64,000 bases of DNA, taken from assembly GCA_902384455.1 (NCBI GenBank), contig CABMCB010000094.1, positions 53,305 to 117,304 of the forward strand, written 5' to 3'. The notes beneath the pieces are model-generated. The model was not told the origin of the DNA. It saw only the letters and a program-made list of their open reading frames with translations, and ran no database searches. The stretch comes from an uncultured archaeon. Lineage in GTDB: Archaea > Altiarchaeota > Altiarchaeia > IMC4 > SCGC-AAA252-I15. Below are positions 47,287 to 59,600 of this stretch, piece after piece (the stretch's first letter is position 1; every line of letters begins with the position of its first letter). The position numbers and the translations under genes were made by a program.

Positions 47287-47984
47287 TGCACCTGTACGCA
47301 CTGAGGGTTTCCTGGAACGCACACGTACCTCGTGTTGCCGTGGGACCTGTCGCACGAATCCACGCGCTCAGGAGCCGTAAGCCACTTGCAAGTTCCATTC
47401 ACACACCGCGGCTTCAAAATCTCGCGGACGACATTGTTGTTGACGCAGATGTAGGGCCCGTAATGGTCCACTCCGCAGTCCAATGGAGAATTGCATTGAA
47501 GGCAGGGTTCGCAAGGCCCTCCGCAGTCAACCTCTTCTTCCCCGTGGTTCATTTCGCCGTCAAAGCACGAGAGGAAACAGGACGGACAAGGTCCTCCGCA
47601 GTCAATCCACGTCTCATTGAAGTCCCATACGCCGTTTGAGCACTTCTCCAAAGTCGAGTTCACGTCATTGTAAGACTCTGCCAACAGCGTGGCGGTTGTA
47701 GTTGATGATGAGGGAGTTATGTTCAACGTGGGTATGAGAGGGTTCTGGCGTAAGGCGGACGACTCATCCGCCTTCTTCTTTATCGGCTCAACCACTTTGG
47801 AGACAAATATTGAATCCCCTTTGGGGTCTTCCAGGGTGCTTGCGAAACTTGAGACGTAGATTCCCACGACGAGTATTATACTTAACGTAGCAAATACGAG
47901 GCCGTAGTTGAATGCTCTGCTTGTGGACGAGGGCATGTTGTTTAATGAGTCGCGTGCCCACCTTAAACTCGCCTTCCCTGCCAT
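47283..47984 (-). CDS. Membrane-anchored protein with C..G..D..E..DCGGPC Cys-rich repeats
   Basis: N-terminal TM; two DCGGPCxxC repeats; start may be 47936. Confidence 0.75.
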   Translation of the reverse strand: MAGKASLRWARDSLNNMPSSTSRAFNYGLVFATLSIILVVGIYVSSFASTLEDPKGDSIFVSKVVEPIKKKADESSALRQNPLIPTLNITPSSSTTTATLLAESYNDVNSTLEKCSNGVWDFNETWIDCGGPCPSCFLSCFDGEMNHGEEEVDCGGPCEPCLQCNSPLDCGVDHYGPYICVNNNVVREILKPRCVNGTCKWLTAPERVDSCDRSHGNTRYVCVPGNPQCVQVQ

Positions 47985-48073
47985 GATGAATGCCGTTTTC
48001 GTTTGTTTACTGCGCCGTTACAACATTAATAGGTTTCCGCTAATACTAAATAATATATAGTGCGGAAAGAAGG

Positions 48074-50233
48074 ATGGAAAAACGTCATACGCTCATTTTT
48101 TTTGCTCTGGTCGCCTTAGCGCTTGCTTCGTCTGCTTCAGCAGAGATACTGGGGGTTACGACCAACAAGCATGAAGTGCGCGTCGGAGGCACGCTTTACG
48201 TCGAAGTTACGGTTGGAGGGGACGAGTCCTGCGGGAGCGACGTCGAGTTTTACATGGACAACGACACCAAAGCTTTCAGCATAAAGCGCCCTGCCTGCGA
48301 GACAAGCGTGCAATCAACCAACTGGGATTGGGCGATTAAGGACCTCGACTGCGGCACCCACGTCGCCCGCGTCATACTGAAGAGGAACGGAGAAATCTTA
48401 GGTAAGGCGGAGGCGACATTCGACGTAGGAAACCCCCCGACGTTCATCATCACTCCGGAACAGCCGACTGTAGGCAAAGACGTTTTCATCACATTCAACG
48501 ACAGAACAAACGGCTCGACGATATCAGACGTCAAGGCGAACATATACGACAAGACGGCAAGAACACGAGCAGACTACATCACAAATGACAAAGGAACAAT
48601 CGACTACATGCCGTCTTCATACGGAGACTACGAAATAACAATAACCGACCGCCAATACTGCGGAAGAATCGCATTCGAAGCCAAACGCAAAACAATAGTC
48701 ATAGGACCCCAACCAAAAACACCCATCACCGGGGAATTGACTTCAATCATAGTGCCTCAGGGAGTGGGCGTAAAAGTACTCAAAAAAGACGGCAGCCTAT
48801 ACAAAAACCTCTTCACCCCAAACTCAGGAGAAGTCAACTTCACAGTTGAAAACGCAGGCGAATACACAATCACCGTAGGCGACCTATCCACACAATACTG
48901 GCCGGTCAAATTAGACCTTACCGTATCAGACAAGCCAACCCCGGAAGTTGCCGCATGGCCCAACCTTGCCGTCGGAGGCCGCACAGTCAATATTTCTGTG
49001 GGGGATAGAGGGCAGCCTCTTGGAGGCGCGGCTGTGACTGTGACTAAGCCGGACGGCGACGTTAAACAGTTCACCACCAAGGAGGACGGCGTTATATTGT
49101 TCGAAGATACATTGGTCGCAGGCAACTACTCCGTACTCGTATCTAAAGACAGGTACTTGAATGCCACAAGTCAGTTTACTGTGGTGCACATGATGTACGC
49201 TCAACTGACGCCCGACAAGCCGCAAACTGGAGACAGCATAACAGTGAGGGCAGTTGATGAGAGAAACACTTTGGTTTCGGGCGCGACGGTCGACGTGGAC
49301 GGAAAAAGCGGTCTGACAGATGCAAACGGCGCTCACACGTTCAACCTCGATGAAGTCGGCCTTTATAATATTAGTGTGAGTAAGGACGGTTATGTTCCCA
49401 CTGACTTGAATGTGCTTGTGGGCGACGAGCTTTCCATTAGTCTTTCCAGAAGCGATGCTGAGATAGGGACGGTAGTGGAGGCTGCGGTTTTCAATCACCT
49501 TGGCAGTCCGGTTGACGCTAACATAGTGGTTTCGTCCCCCTCGGGGGATGCTCAGGAGAAATACGCTTCGGGGGTACAGTATAATCCCCGCGAAGACGGA
49601 AACCACTCTTTCACCGCCGAAAAAGAAGGTTACGTTTCCGCAAACGCGCAACTGCGCGCCTTCCGGCATCCTGTTGAAGCGTCCATAAGCCTCGTCTACG
49701 ACTTCCTTGTGGTGAACGTCACAAGCCACGGTTATCCTGCTGCCGGCATCCCAGTTGCTATCCAGCTGCCTCAAGGCGGCGCAACAGTCATGTTTTCCAC
49801 AAACAAAAGCGGGCAGGCAGGCGTCGAGATGACCGCCGCCGGACCTGTCTCAGTCACAGTAAACCCCGGAGGAAGCAACAGAGTTTACGCATCCACCAAA
49901 GCGGACGCCAACGTGGAAAAAAGCTACAGCTTAGGCCTTCTTGTTCCGCCCGTTGTGCTTATCGCCGCCGTCGCGCTTTCACTCATCGTGCTTACTAGAG
50001 TCTTTAAGATGAGGAGGAAGAGGCAGAAGGGCGGGAAAGTGGTTTCAGGGATTTACAAGCACGGCGAAGTAAGCTCTCTGGCCAGAACGCGAGAGAGAAC
50101 TGCCGCAGACAAACCTAAAGCAGCGGCAGCATCATGGCCTGAAACCGAAGAGAAGGCCAGCAGCGCATCCAGAGGAAAAGAAGGCGAAACAAGCCCCCCG
50201 CGCAGAGGGCTTATGAAGCTTAAGGATTCCTGA
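48074..50233 (+). CDS. Surface protein with tandem Ig/carboxypeptidase-regulatory-like domains and a C-terminal TM anchor, paralogue 1
   Basis: Signal peptide; repeated T..(D/N)G...G.Y.I..SK.GY motifs; TM helix plus basic tail. Confidence 0.8.
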   Translation: MEKRHTLIFFALVALALASSASAEILGVTTNKHEVRVGGTLYVEVTVGGDESCGSDVEFYMDNDTKAFSIKRPACETSVQSTNWDWAIKDLDCGTHVARVILKRNGEILGKAEATFDVGNPPTFIITPEQPTVGKDVFITFNDRTNGSTISDVKANIYDKTARTRADYITNDKGTIDYMPSSYGDYEITITDRQYCGRIAFEAKRKTIVIGPQPKTPITGELTSIIVPQGVGVKVLKKDGSLYKNLFTPNSGEVNFTVENAGEYTITVGDLSTQYWPVKLDLTVSDKPTPEVAAWPNLAVGGRTVNISVGDRGQPLGGAAVTVTKPDGDVKQFTTKEDGVILFEDTLVAGNYSVLVSKDRYLNATSQFTVVHMMYAQLTPDKPQTGDSITVRAVDERNTLVSGATVDVDGKSGLTDANGAHTFNLDEVGLYNISVSKDGYVPTDLNVLVGDELSISLSRSDAEIGTVVEAAVFNHLGSPVDANIVVSSPSGDAQEKYASGVQYNPREDGNHSFTAEKEGYVSANAQLRAFRHPVEASISLVYDFLVVNVTSHGYPAAGIPVAIQLPQGGATVMFSTNKSGQAGVEMTAAGPVSVTVNPGGSNRVYASTKADANVEKSYSLGLLVPPVVLIAAVALSLIVLTRVFKMRRKRQKGGKVVSGIYKHGEVSSLARTRERTAADKPKAAAASWPETEEKASSASRGKEGETSPPRRGLMKLKDS

Positions 50234-50240
50234 ATCGGCA

Positions 50241-50252
50241 GAAGTTTATATA
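50241..50252 (+). promoter_or_regulatory. BRE/TATA box (GAAG-TTTATATA), probably a leaderless transcript
   Basis: TTTATATA at 50245-50252, 22 nt before ATG 50275. Confidence 0.6.
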
Positions 50253-50274
50253 GCGGCGTCATTAATTTAGTATT

Positions 50275-52428
50275 ATGCTCTCCCCCAACAGACGCATAAT
50301 TGGACTGTCGCTTCTGACACTAATCACAATAACACTGATTGCCTCGCTGGCTTCTGCCGCCTACGACACCGGCGGCATACAAATAGACCTCAATGACACA
50401 AGGCTCACGGCAGGAGACGACTTCACACTCCAAATAGAGTTCCAGGACCCGGAATACAACGACTCACGAAGAGTGGAAGTTCTGGTGGAGATAGACGGAA
50501 CCCAAGTCCACCTACAAGACCACACAGTCAACTTCATTGAAGGCCAGAAATACCAGTTGAACATAAGCAGCAGCAGCTTCCGCGACGAAAAAGACGACAA
50601 CGTTTTTGAATCGATGCTGATGAAATACGAATGCGACACCAGCCACACGATTTCAGTCGAAGTCGATGACCAAGTGGACACCGCAACAGACGAGCTCACA
50701 TACAAGGTTGACGGCGAAGACTTCAAGACAATCACGATAACCCCCAGCGTACCCAACCTCAAAGACAACACAGTAGTCTACGTCTCAGACTACCGCGACA
50801 GAGACTTTAGCGGAGTAGACGTCCGATGGACGTGGGTAAGCGACACCAACGGAGACACGGACAACGCATGGGACATAGCAGACAAATACAGAACAGTCAG
50901 AACCAGCAGCGGCGGCGAAACATCAACAAACTTCGGCACCAGATTCGGAACAGACGCAAGAGGCAAATACCAGCTTGACGTATACACCGCAGGCTACTGC
51001 CTCAACACCAAAACAGTCGACGTAGACAGCGAAATCGCATACGTAGGCCCCAACCCTTCGGTGCCCAAGGTGGGTGAGCAGTTCACAATCCGCGTCACAA
51101 GCAAGGAGGGAAGCAGCGCAGTTTCTGGCATACAAGTCAAAGTCGGAAGCAACCAAGCTCTCACAGACGCCAACGGATACGCCCGCTTCACAATCAACTC
51201 GCCCGGAGACTACGACCTAGTAATAGGCGCCACAGGAGACTACTCCAACACACCTATTCTTGGGACGATCACCGTGGCAGCCAAAGGCGGACTGGCGATA
51301 GCAATAAGCAACAACAAACCCAACATAGGCGAAGCCGTCACTTTGACTGTGACAGGACCAGACGGAGCAGTAATGCCAAGCGCCGCAGTTGCGCTTGCAG
51401 CCCCCGACGGAAGCGGTGGAACATACACCACAACAACAGCAGGAACAGTCTCCTACACGCCAACCCAAAGCGGAACATACAGAATAACCGCGTCCAAATC
51501 AGGGTACACCAACGGCACCGCAACATTCTCCACCCAAAACACATTCAAAGTCACAATAGACAACCCAAGCGCATGGATAATAGGAGCACAAGTATCAGTG
51601 ACCGTACTTTCCTACGCAAACCAGCCAGTCCAAGACGCGGCAGTAATGATAAAAGACACCACAACAAGCGCAACAACAGACCTAAACGGCCGCGCCATAA
51701 TTTCGCTTCCTAAGGCGGGCGACGTTCAGGTGCTGGTTAGGAAGGCGACTTATCAGGATGCCACTGTAACTCAGCGCGTTCAATGCAACCTGCAGGCGAC
51801 TGCGACTCCGAGTTCTTTGGACGTCGGAGACCAAAGCATCATCACAGTCTTAAACGACGCCAACAAACCCGTTGCCGCAGACCTTAGGGTGACAAGCCCA
51901 GACGGCAGCGAAGTAGTGGCAAAAAGCGACTACACCCTGACCACCGACAAGGAAGGAGAATACCGCATAGACGCAAGCCTGGCCGGATGCCAGCAGTCCA
52001 CTGTTACTGTCACAGCCCGCAGGCAACCTCTAACCTTAACCACCGAAGTCCAAGACGACAAACTTTTGGTGACGGCCTTAAGCAACACTAAGGTGGCAGC
52101 TGGGGTTTCCCTGAGGATTTCCTCTCCGGCAGGCACTAAGACGGTCATCACAAACAATAGGGGAGAGGCTACAGTAGACCTTGCTGAAAACGGAAACTAC
52201 ACGGTGACGTCTGCGGACTCCCGCTACATTCCGGCTACGACCACATTCGAGAAGGAGTCGTCGGCGCTCGGAAGGTACTGGTGGATAATCATCGTCCTGG
52301 GCGTTGCGATAGTCATAGTGGCTGTGGTGGCGCTCGCAGTGATGCAGGCGTACAAGAAGGTCAACCGAAGAAGAAGGCCCCCGCACGTGCTTGACATAAA
52401 AGACGAAGACACGCACCTCAACCCGTAA
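50275..52428 (+). CDS. Surface protein with tandem Ig/carboxypeptidase-regulatory-like domains and a C-terminal TM anchor, paralogue 2
   Basis: Same domain order and nearly the same length as 48074..50233; TDANG and ASKSGY motifs; TM helix plus RRRR tail. Confidence 0.8.
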   Translation: MLSPNRRIIGLSLLTLITITLIASLASAAYDTGGIQIDLNDTRLTAGDDFTLQIEFQDPEYNDSRRVEVLVEIDGTQVHLQDHTVNFIEGQKYQLNISSSSFRDEKDDNVFESMLMKYECDTSHTISVEVDDQVDTATDELTYKVDGEDFKTITITPSVPNLKDNTVVYVSDYRDRDFSGVDVRWTWVSDTNGDTDNAWDIADKYRTVRTSSGGETSTNFGTRFGTDARGKYQLDVYTAGYCLNTKTVDVDSEIAYVGPNPSVPKVGEQFTIRVTSKEGSSAVSGIQVKVGSNQALTDANGYARFTINSPGDYDLVIGATGDYSNTPILGTITVAAKGGLAIAISNNKPNIGEAVTLTVTGPDGAVMPSAAVALAAPDGSGGTYTTTTAGTVSYTPTQSGTYRITASKSGYTNGTATFSTQNTFKVTIDNPSAWIIGAQVSVTVLSYANQPVQDAAVMIKDTTTSATTDLNGRAIISLPKAGDVQVLVRKATYQDATVTQRVQCNLQATATPSSLDVGDQSIITVLNDANKPVAADLRVTSPDGSEVVAKSDYTLTTDKEGEYRIDASLAGCQQSTVTVTARRQPLTLTTEVQDDKLLVTALSNTKVAAGVSLRISSPAGTKTVITNNRGEATVDLAENGNYTVTSADSRYIPATTTFEKESSALGRYWWIIIVLGVAIVIVAVVALAVMQAYKKVNRRRRPPHVLDIKDEDTHLNP

Positions 52429-52445
52429 AGGTTGAAGTAACTCTA

Positions 52446-52478
52446 GCCGCCCCTAAAGGGGCGGCCAACCATTTTTTA
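52446..52478 (+). terminator. Hairpin plus T-tract terminator
   Basis: GCCGCCCC-TAAA-GGGGCGGC followed by ..ATTTTTTA, just after the 52428 stop. Confidence 0.65.
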
Positions 52479-52535
52479 TTTGGAGTGACCGGGTTCAGCA
52501 TTAAAAAGCCCGTTTGACCATACTTCTTAGCACGT

Positions 52536-53597
52536 ATGGTTCTGGTGACAGTAAACGCGTTGGGCGCCTTCGCCATAAAGAAAGGCAGGGTCATTGAGCA
52601 GCGGCTCTTTCCCACAGATGAAGCCCGAGTAGTAGGCGACGAGATAACACCAGAGGAAGACGAACTCATACAGCTTCTCATCAAAACAGGCAACAAAGAA
52701 ATTGAGACTTCAGACCCGCGCAGATACCGCAGCAAAGGATACGACGCAACATTTAAGTCCTCCAACGAATTCTTGGACGCCTACGAAGTCGCAAATAAAG
52801 TAGGTATCCCCCCGCAGGAAGTCGAAAAAAGGATTCAGGCAGTAAACACCGCTTTAACGCGCATGCGCCTTACTCAAGTCGGCCGCGACCAGCTTGTGAT
52901 TCAGGCTGTGGCCGCGATAGACGACATTGATGAGGTGGGTAACCGTCTTGTTGAGCGTCTGCGCGAGTGGTACAGCCTGCATTTTCCCGAACTGAATTAT
53001 TTGGCGACTAAGCACAGCGTCTATGCGCGCATAGTCCGCGACACGGGACTGCGCGAGGATTACGTTAAGGAGAAGCTCCCTTACGACGCGGAATTCGTCA
53101 GCGACATAATAAAGGCGAGCAAAGACTCAGTCGGCGGAACGTTCACGAAGCAGGATGCGGAAGCAGCCCAAAAACTCACTGAACCGTTACTTGCCGTCTG
53201 GAAAACGCGCGACGACATAGAAAAATACCTCACAGAACTGATGCAGGAGGTGGCGCCAAACCTTTCGGCGGTAGTCGGACCCATAATAGCCGCACGCCTA
53301 ATTCAGATAGCAGGCGGACTGGAAAACCTCTCCCGCATGCCCGCAAGCACAATACAGATACTTGGTGCTGAAGACGCGTTCTTCCGCTTCCTAAAGACTG
53401 GGCAGAGACCGCCCAAGCACGGAATCATTTTCGCGCACCCTGACATAAGAAGCAAACCGAAGGTGGCTCGCGGGCGGCTCGCAAGGACGCTTGCAGCCAA
53501 GGCGACGACCGCGGCGAAGACGGATTACTTCAAGGGGGGCTTCATAGGAGACCGCCTGACAGACGAGTTCAAAAAACGAGTGAAGTCGCTCTCCTGA
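52536..53597 (+). CDS. nop5: Box C/D RNP protein Nop5 (Nop56/58)
   Basis: RLREWYSLHFPEL, APNLSAVVG, MPASTIQILGAEDAFF, PPKHGIIF. Confidence 0.95.
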   Translation: MVLVTVNALGAFAIKKGRVIEQRLFPTDEARVVGDEITPEEDELIQLLIKTGNKEIETSDPRRYRSKGYDATFKSSNEFLDAYEVANKVGIPPQEVEKRIQAVNTALTRMRLTQVGRDQLVIQAVAAIDDIDEVGNRLVERLREWYSLHFPELNYLATKHSVYARIVRDTGLREDYVKEKLPYDAEFVSDIIKASKDSVGGTFTKQDAEAAQKLTEPLLAVWKTRDDIEKYLTELMQEVAPNLSAVVGPIIAARLIQIAGGLENLSRMPASTIQILGAEDAFFRFLKTGQRPPKHGIIFAHPDIRSKPKVARGRLARTLAAKATTAAKTDYFKGGFIGDRLTDEFKKRVKSLS

Positions 53598-53636
53598 CCG
53601 TTTATTTAAGAGGCCGCGGATAATTATTCTCCAATT

Positions 53637-56600
53637 ATGAAGAGGTTTTGTTCTGCATTCCTGATTGCCGCAGTAATTTTGCCTCTGCTTGCGCCCTGCG
53701 TTTCGGCCGCCGTAAGCGACCGTTTTGATTATCCGGTTCGGTATGAGTTTTCCGGGATGACTTTTGCAGTGATTTATAACGGCACTAAGACGCCGGAGGA
53801 GAATTGGCTTGAGAGCCATCTTCAGGGGCATGCGGTCTTCAAGTCGAACACTACGTCCACTTCGGAGCTTCAGTCGTATAACGCTGTTTTTGAGACGAGG
53901 CCTCTTTTGGGGGCAAGCAAGATAACGGAGCTTAGCGGCAACGTCAACCTTATTTTAATCGGTCAGGCAGTCCTTGACTTCAACGCTTCTTTGTGGGGCA
54001 TTGACTCAATGAGCCAGAATAATGCCAGCGAAAACAACACTTTCGTTGTCGCCTCAGACAGCGGGCCTACGCGGGGTTATCCTGAGAACAGCACCCCGAC
54101 TATTGGAGTGAACGGGGTCTACGAGTTTTCGGGCGATAATTTCACGGCTCATCTTGTGGACATAAACACGAGCGCCGCGATATTGGGGAGCTACAGTTAC
54201 GGCAGCGGCAAAACGGTGCTGATTGGAACCAACGTAAGCGTCTATCACACAGGCCGCATAATGGATAAGGCGGTTTATTGGATGGCGGACAGGACGCCTT
54301 ACGCTCCCTTAAACAGCTGGTACTGCTTTAACGGCGCCTCGGATAAGGAGGGCTGCAGCCGGATTGTGGTGGTCATAGACAATCCCTCTAACGTCACGCA
54401 TCAGGAAAACAGCACTTATTATCTGCCGGCGATAACTTTCGGGGACACTGAGGTTCACCGGATAGAGCTGTCTGAGCTGACGACGGCCAACCTGACTCCG
54501 GTTAGGGCTGTTGTTGTTACACAGCAGAATCATCTGGGGGCCATTAGGGATTGGCTTACAGGCAACAACAAAAGCATATTCTATATTTACGGCGCAGTGC
54601 AGGACCTCGCTTACACGCCTTATGAGGGAGCATCTACTGGGCCGTTAAACATCACCAACACCACGAGAGGTCTTGCGACGGTCACCCGCAGTCTGCCGCA
54701 GGACATGACGTGGGGTTACCCCGTTGGGGCTCAGATAGCGACACAGAAGGACGGATTGCATTACATCGCAACAGCCCCCGGTTTTACCGCGCTTCTTACG
54801 GGCGAAGACGGAGTGTTTCTTACGGCTAACGACGCCGGCAACTACAGGATAGCGGCCTTCGGATACGACCCGTACCAAAGCGATTTGCAGAAGTGCACTC
54901 CAGACGGATACCACGGCTGGATAATACTGCATAGGGGCCTTGATTGGCTTCAGAACCGCCTTAATTTGACTGCTCCTGCGCAGAAGCCGATTATTGTGGC
55001 CGCCTACAGCAATGACTTTTTGCATCAGTGTCCTTTGGGCAGCAGTTCGCCGTCTGAGAAGGCGCTTGTGGACCACATGCAGAGTGCTTACTCTGGTGAA
55101 GTTGCGACGGTGGACCTGTCGCTGATTAACATAACCAACTATACGGGCGTGAACCTTGTCGTAGTCACCACCGCCTACACTATGACGTCCAAGATTCCTT
55201 TGTGGACTGGCGCCAACATAAGCATGCTTTATGTCCATGACGGAGTGAACGAGACAAGCACTCCGTATTACGGCGGCACCGTCACCGCAGTAGAGTACGT
55301 GAATTACGCGACTGTAAGCAACGGCGAAGGAGGCTATCCGACTTACGGCTATCCGGTGAACGTACAGGTTTATACGCAGTACAACGGAACCCAATATTAT
55401 TCTTCCGTATCTGGCTACACGACTTTGGCGAGGGGCGCTGACGTCCTGCTGTCGGTAAAAGGCACTTCTCCGCGGGTTGGAGTTTACGGATTCGACCCTA
55501 ACGGAGCCAACCTAAGCTTATGCTACGGCTACCACGGCTGGAAACTCCTTGACAGGACAGTGGATTACCTAATGTATGACCTGACGATAGTGGGGGTCAC
55601 AGGAAAAAGAATCGTCGTCCCATTCTACTCCATCAACGCAAACGACACCTCGACTTACACGTGCGCCACAGACCAAGACTACCTCATATACCAGAGGATT
55701 TCAAACAAAAGCTACGCCCAAAACAACATCAGCCGCATAGACATATCAGTCCTAAACGCCAGCGACTACACGCGCACCCAGATGATGGCCGTAGGATACC
55801 CGACTGCGGCAAAAAGCATGGTCTCTTCGTGGAGAAACGCCGGCCGAGGCATACTGTTTGTTAGGGGGGCGGTTTATGACGCAATTGGGACTGTTGGCGC
55901 GGGAAGCTATTCGTTTGACGCTAACAACTCGGGTTACGCCAACATTTCACTGGCAAGCTCAGACAAACTCACTTACGGCTACCCTGAAAGCGGGTACATA
56001 CCCATTGATTTTGGCAGCAGCCCCGCGACGTTCACGATACTTGGCACCGCAACGCTCGTGACAAACGAACAAGGCGCTGGGCTTGTGGCAAGCGGAACGG
56101 GCGTAGGCAGGGTTGTCGCTTTCGGATTCAACCTCACTGACACGTTCGGAACGTGCGACGCCTATCATGGATGGAAGCTTTTCGACAGGAGCGTCGAGTG
56201 GATTTTAGGCATACTTTCGGTGCCGCGCCTAAACGTCCAGAACCTAGGCCTCGTCGTAGTGAAAGACTCAAACTCCACCTGCATGTCCGACGAGGAAAAA
56301 GCGATACAGGCTCGCCTAAACTACACCATGAACATGAGTTCAAGAGGCATCCTAAACACCACTGTGATAGAGGTAAGCGTCTTGGGCTCAAGCAGCTACG
56401 CCAACGCCGAAGCAATAGTAATACCCGACGACGCAGCAAACGCCACAGGCAACTACCACATGAGCCTCATCGCAGGAGACACCTACGACTCCGCCAAAGT
56501 AGGAGTCCTAATGTTCAAAGAAGGGCTAGCCAAAGCCAAAATACAATCAGGAGCAGGAAACTGCGACTTCAGCAACGTCAGCGGAAGATTCTACGGCCGC

Positions 56601-59600
56601 ATAACAACAAGCAACGTCAACAACAAAGACATGGTTTATCCGCCCTACGGCTACCCATACAACGCTAAGATACAGATTCAAGGTGAATCAGACAACGCCT
56701 GCTACTGGCAGAATCCAAGCCCCCCGTACGTAGGATTCCTCAAGACAGACGGAAGCCTCTACGACATGGTGGGAGTAGTTAGGGAACAAAGCGGAGGAAA
56801 CGAAAAGATGGTGCTGCTAGGATTCACCCCATACAAAGCGTGGATGGCCGGCACGCTCGAATCAGACGCAGACTACCACCACGCATACAAACTCTTCGAC
56901 AGAAGCATATACTGGATAACAGGCGACTCACCCAAACCAACAAAAACACTCGACAACACAATCGTCGTCTACAACAGCCTATCGCTCACGCAAGGAGAAA
57001 GCACCCTAGTAAACTGGAGCAGAAACTACTTCGGCGCAAAAGCCACGTCATACATCGACGTGGGAGACAGCCTCACCGCAGACAGCTGCGGAGCAGAAAG
57101 AATGACGTTCCTCAAACGCGGCCTAATAAGCGGAATAGCAGACCGATGGAACAACCTCGGCCGCGGACTCACCTTCCTTGGCGAAAGCGTCTACGACAGC
57201 AAGCCGTCTGTGGCGGTCATAACCGACGTGAACTACCTCGGCGCAGAATACGGCATGGACACCCCAATTTACGCTCAAAGCATATCGCCCCACGCAATCA
57301 CCAACTACCTCACAGTAGGAAACTCCGAGAACGTGTCCAACAAAGGCATAGGAGTCTACGCCTTCTACGTCAACACCACAATAGCAGACCAAATAGCCAA
57401 CCACACCAACTGGAACGGCGCAGGCAATATGGAAATTCTCGTAGCAGTCAGAAACCAAACGGGCTCGGCCGGAGCAGTATCCGTGCTCGCATTCGAACCG
57501 GAAAACGCCTCCACTATAGGCCAAAACTGGACTAAGAACGCCATGTTGTGGGTTCACCCGTTCGACAACGTTTCTCCGACTTATTTGGGCACCGCGGCGG
57601 TTCCGTCTTCATACAGCAACGCGTCGGCGTTCTCCATAATCGCCAACTTCACGGATGACCGAAACTGGAGCGTCTACAACGTGTGGATAAACTACACCGT
57701 AGACTACGTCACATGGTTCGTCAGGAACCTCACCCAAAACGTCCGCCCCGACGTCTACGGATGCAGCATCGACCCAAACATGAACTACTGGAACGCCTCA
57801 TTGGGGCCGTACCCCGCCTACAACTTCATAGTTTATTATGCGGCGGCAGTGGACACTGCGGGTAATTCTGCCAGTGGGCCGTTGAAGTATTACGGTTATA
57901 CTGATTCTACTGCTCCGCAGGTGTTGGACGTCCGTTTTACGCCGTATCAACCCAACAGCACAAGCAACATTTCCATCCTTTGGAGGACCAGCGAGTATTC
58001 CAACGGAACAGTGTACTACAGGCAGAGGGGAGGCGGTTCTTGGACTACGCTGAATAATAACGACATCGTAATAAACCATACGATTTCCGTAGGAAGCTTC
58101 TCAAACGGCACTTATGAGTACGGCGTAATGAGCTGCGATTTGTCAGGCAACTGCAGAAACGACGCAAACAACGGCAACTTCTACCTCTTCTGCGTCAACC
58201 CCGGATGCGAAACGCGGGCGCCAAACATCACAGGACACTCGCCTCCAAACGGCACCGCATACGCCCCGCCAGTACCCAACTTCTACATGAACGTCACAAC
58301 AAACGAATGGGCGTGGTGCAGGTACAGCGGAGGGTCAGACAAAGCCTACGCCAACATGACCTTAGACTTCAACACATCAGACGGCATAGCCCACAACGCC
58401 ACGATCACATTCTACGAAAACTCAAGCACCAACACGTACTACATCAGATGCCGCGACATGTACAGCAACACAATGAACTCAAGCTACGTAGTCTACTACG
58501 AAAAAGACGGCACCCCCCCGGTAATCGCACTACTCACACCTGAAAACCAAACGAACTACACCGGCGGAAAAATCGTCTTCACATACCAACCCTTCGACAA
58601 CGTCAACATAAGCCGCTGCACCCTATACACCACGCGCACAGGAAGCTGGCAGCCCGAATACACCCAAACAAACATCACAGTAGGCGCCACAAACAACTTC
58701 ACACTAACCCACGTCTGCAGCGGCACATTCAGATGGAACATACTGTGCTACGACACAGTAAACAACAGCGCATTCGCCCCACACAACCTAACACTTTCCG
58801 TAAACAGCACACTACCCATATTCACATTAGGATGCCAACTGGAAAGCGGATGCGCAACCCACGGAGGAGGAGGACCCGCAGAATTCGACTGGCCGCTCGG
58901 ACTGCGCCCGTACAACGGCCGAATGTACATTGTGGACTACAACAACAATCGGATTAAGGTGTACAATACCAACGGCGACTACGTCACCACATTCGGCACA
59001 GAAGACTGCGGCGGATCCCCAGCAAACGGCGCATTCTGCCAGCCGCACGCGGTAAGCATAGTGACAAACACCACGACGGCGCGCATACTCGCAGCCGACA
59101 ACATAAACAACCGAGTACAACACTGGACGACACTAAGCACCCCAACGTTCGTGGAAAACGTGGGCATAAACCGCCCCGCAGGCATCGCGTCAATGCAAGG
59201 GAAATACTTCGTGGCCTCAAGCAGCACAGACACAATCACAACATACAACTTCAGCACAGGCGTCACAATCAACACGTTCGGAAGCGGCATAGTAGACATC
59301 AACTGCTTCGGCTCGCCTAAACCCGCAGGAATGTACGTATCAGGCACAAGCCTGTACCTCGCCAACCGCTGCGACAACACAGTTGAAGTTTTCTTCACAA
59401 CAGGAGGAGCCCACCTATCCACGTTAGGAGGATACGGAACAAACCAAAGCCACTTCATAGAACCCACCGACGTATACGTGGACGCACAAGGCCTGCTCTA
59501 CGTCGCAGACACAGAAAACCACCGCATCCAAATATTCAACGCAACAACCCTCGAATACGTCTACACCCTGGGAACAAACTTCTACGGCGGAGGAAGCGAC

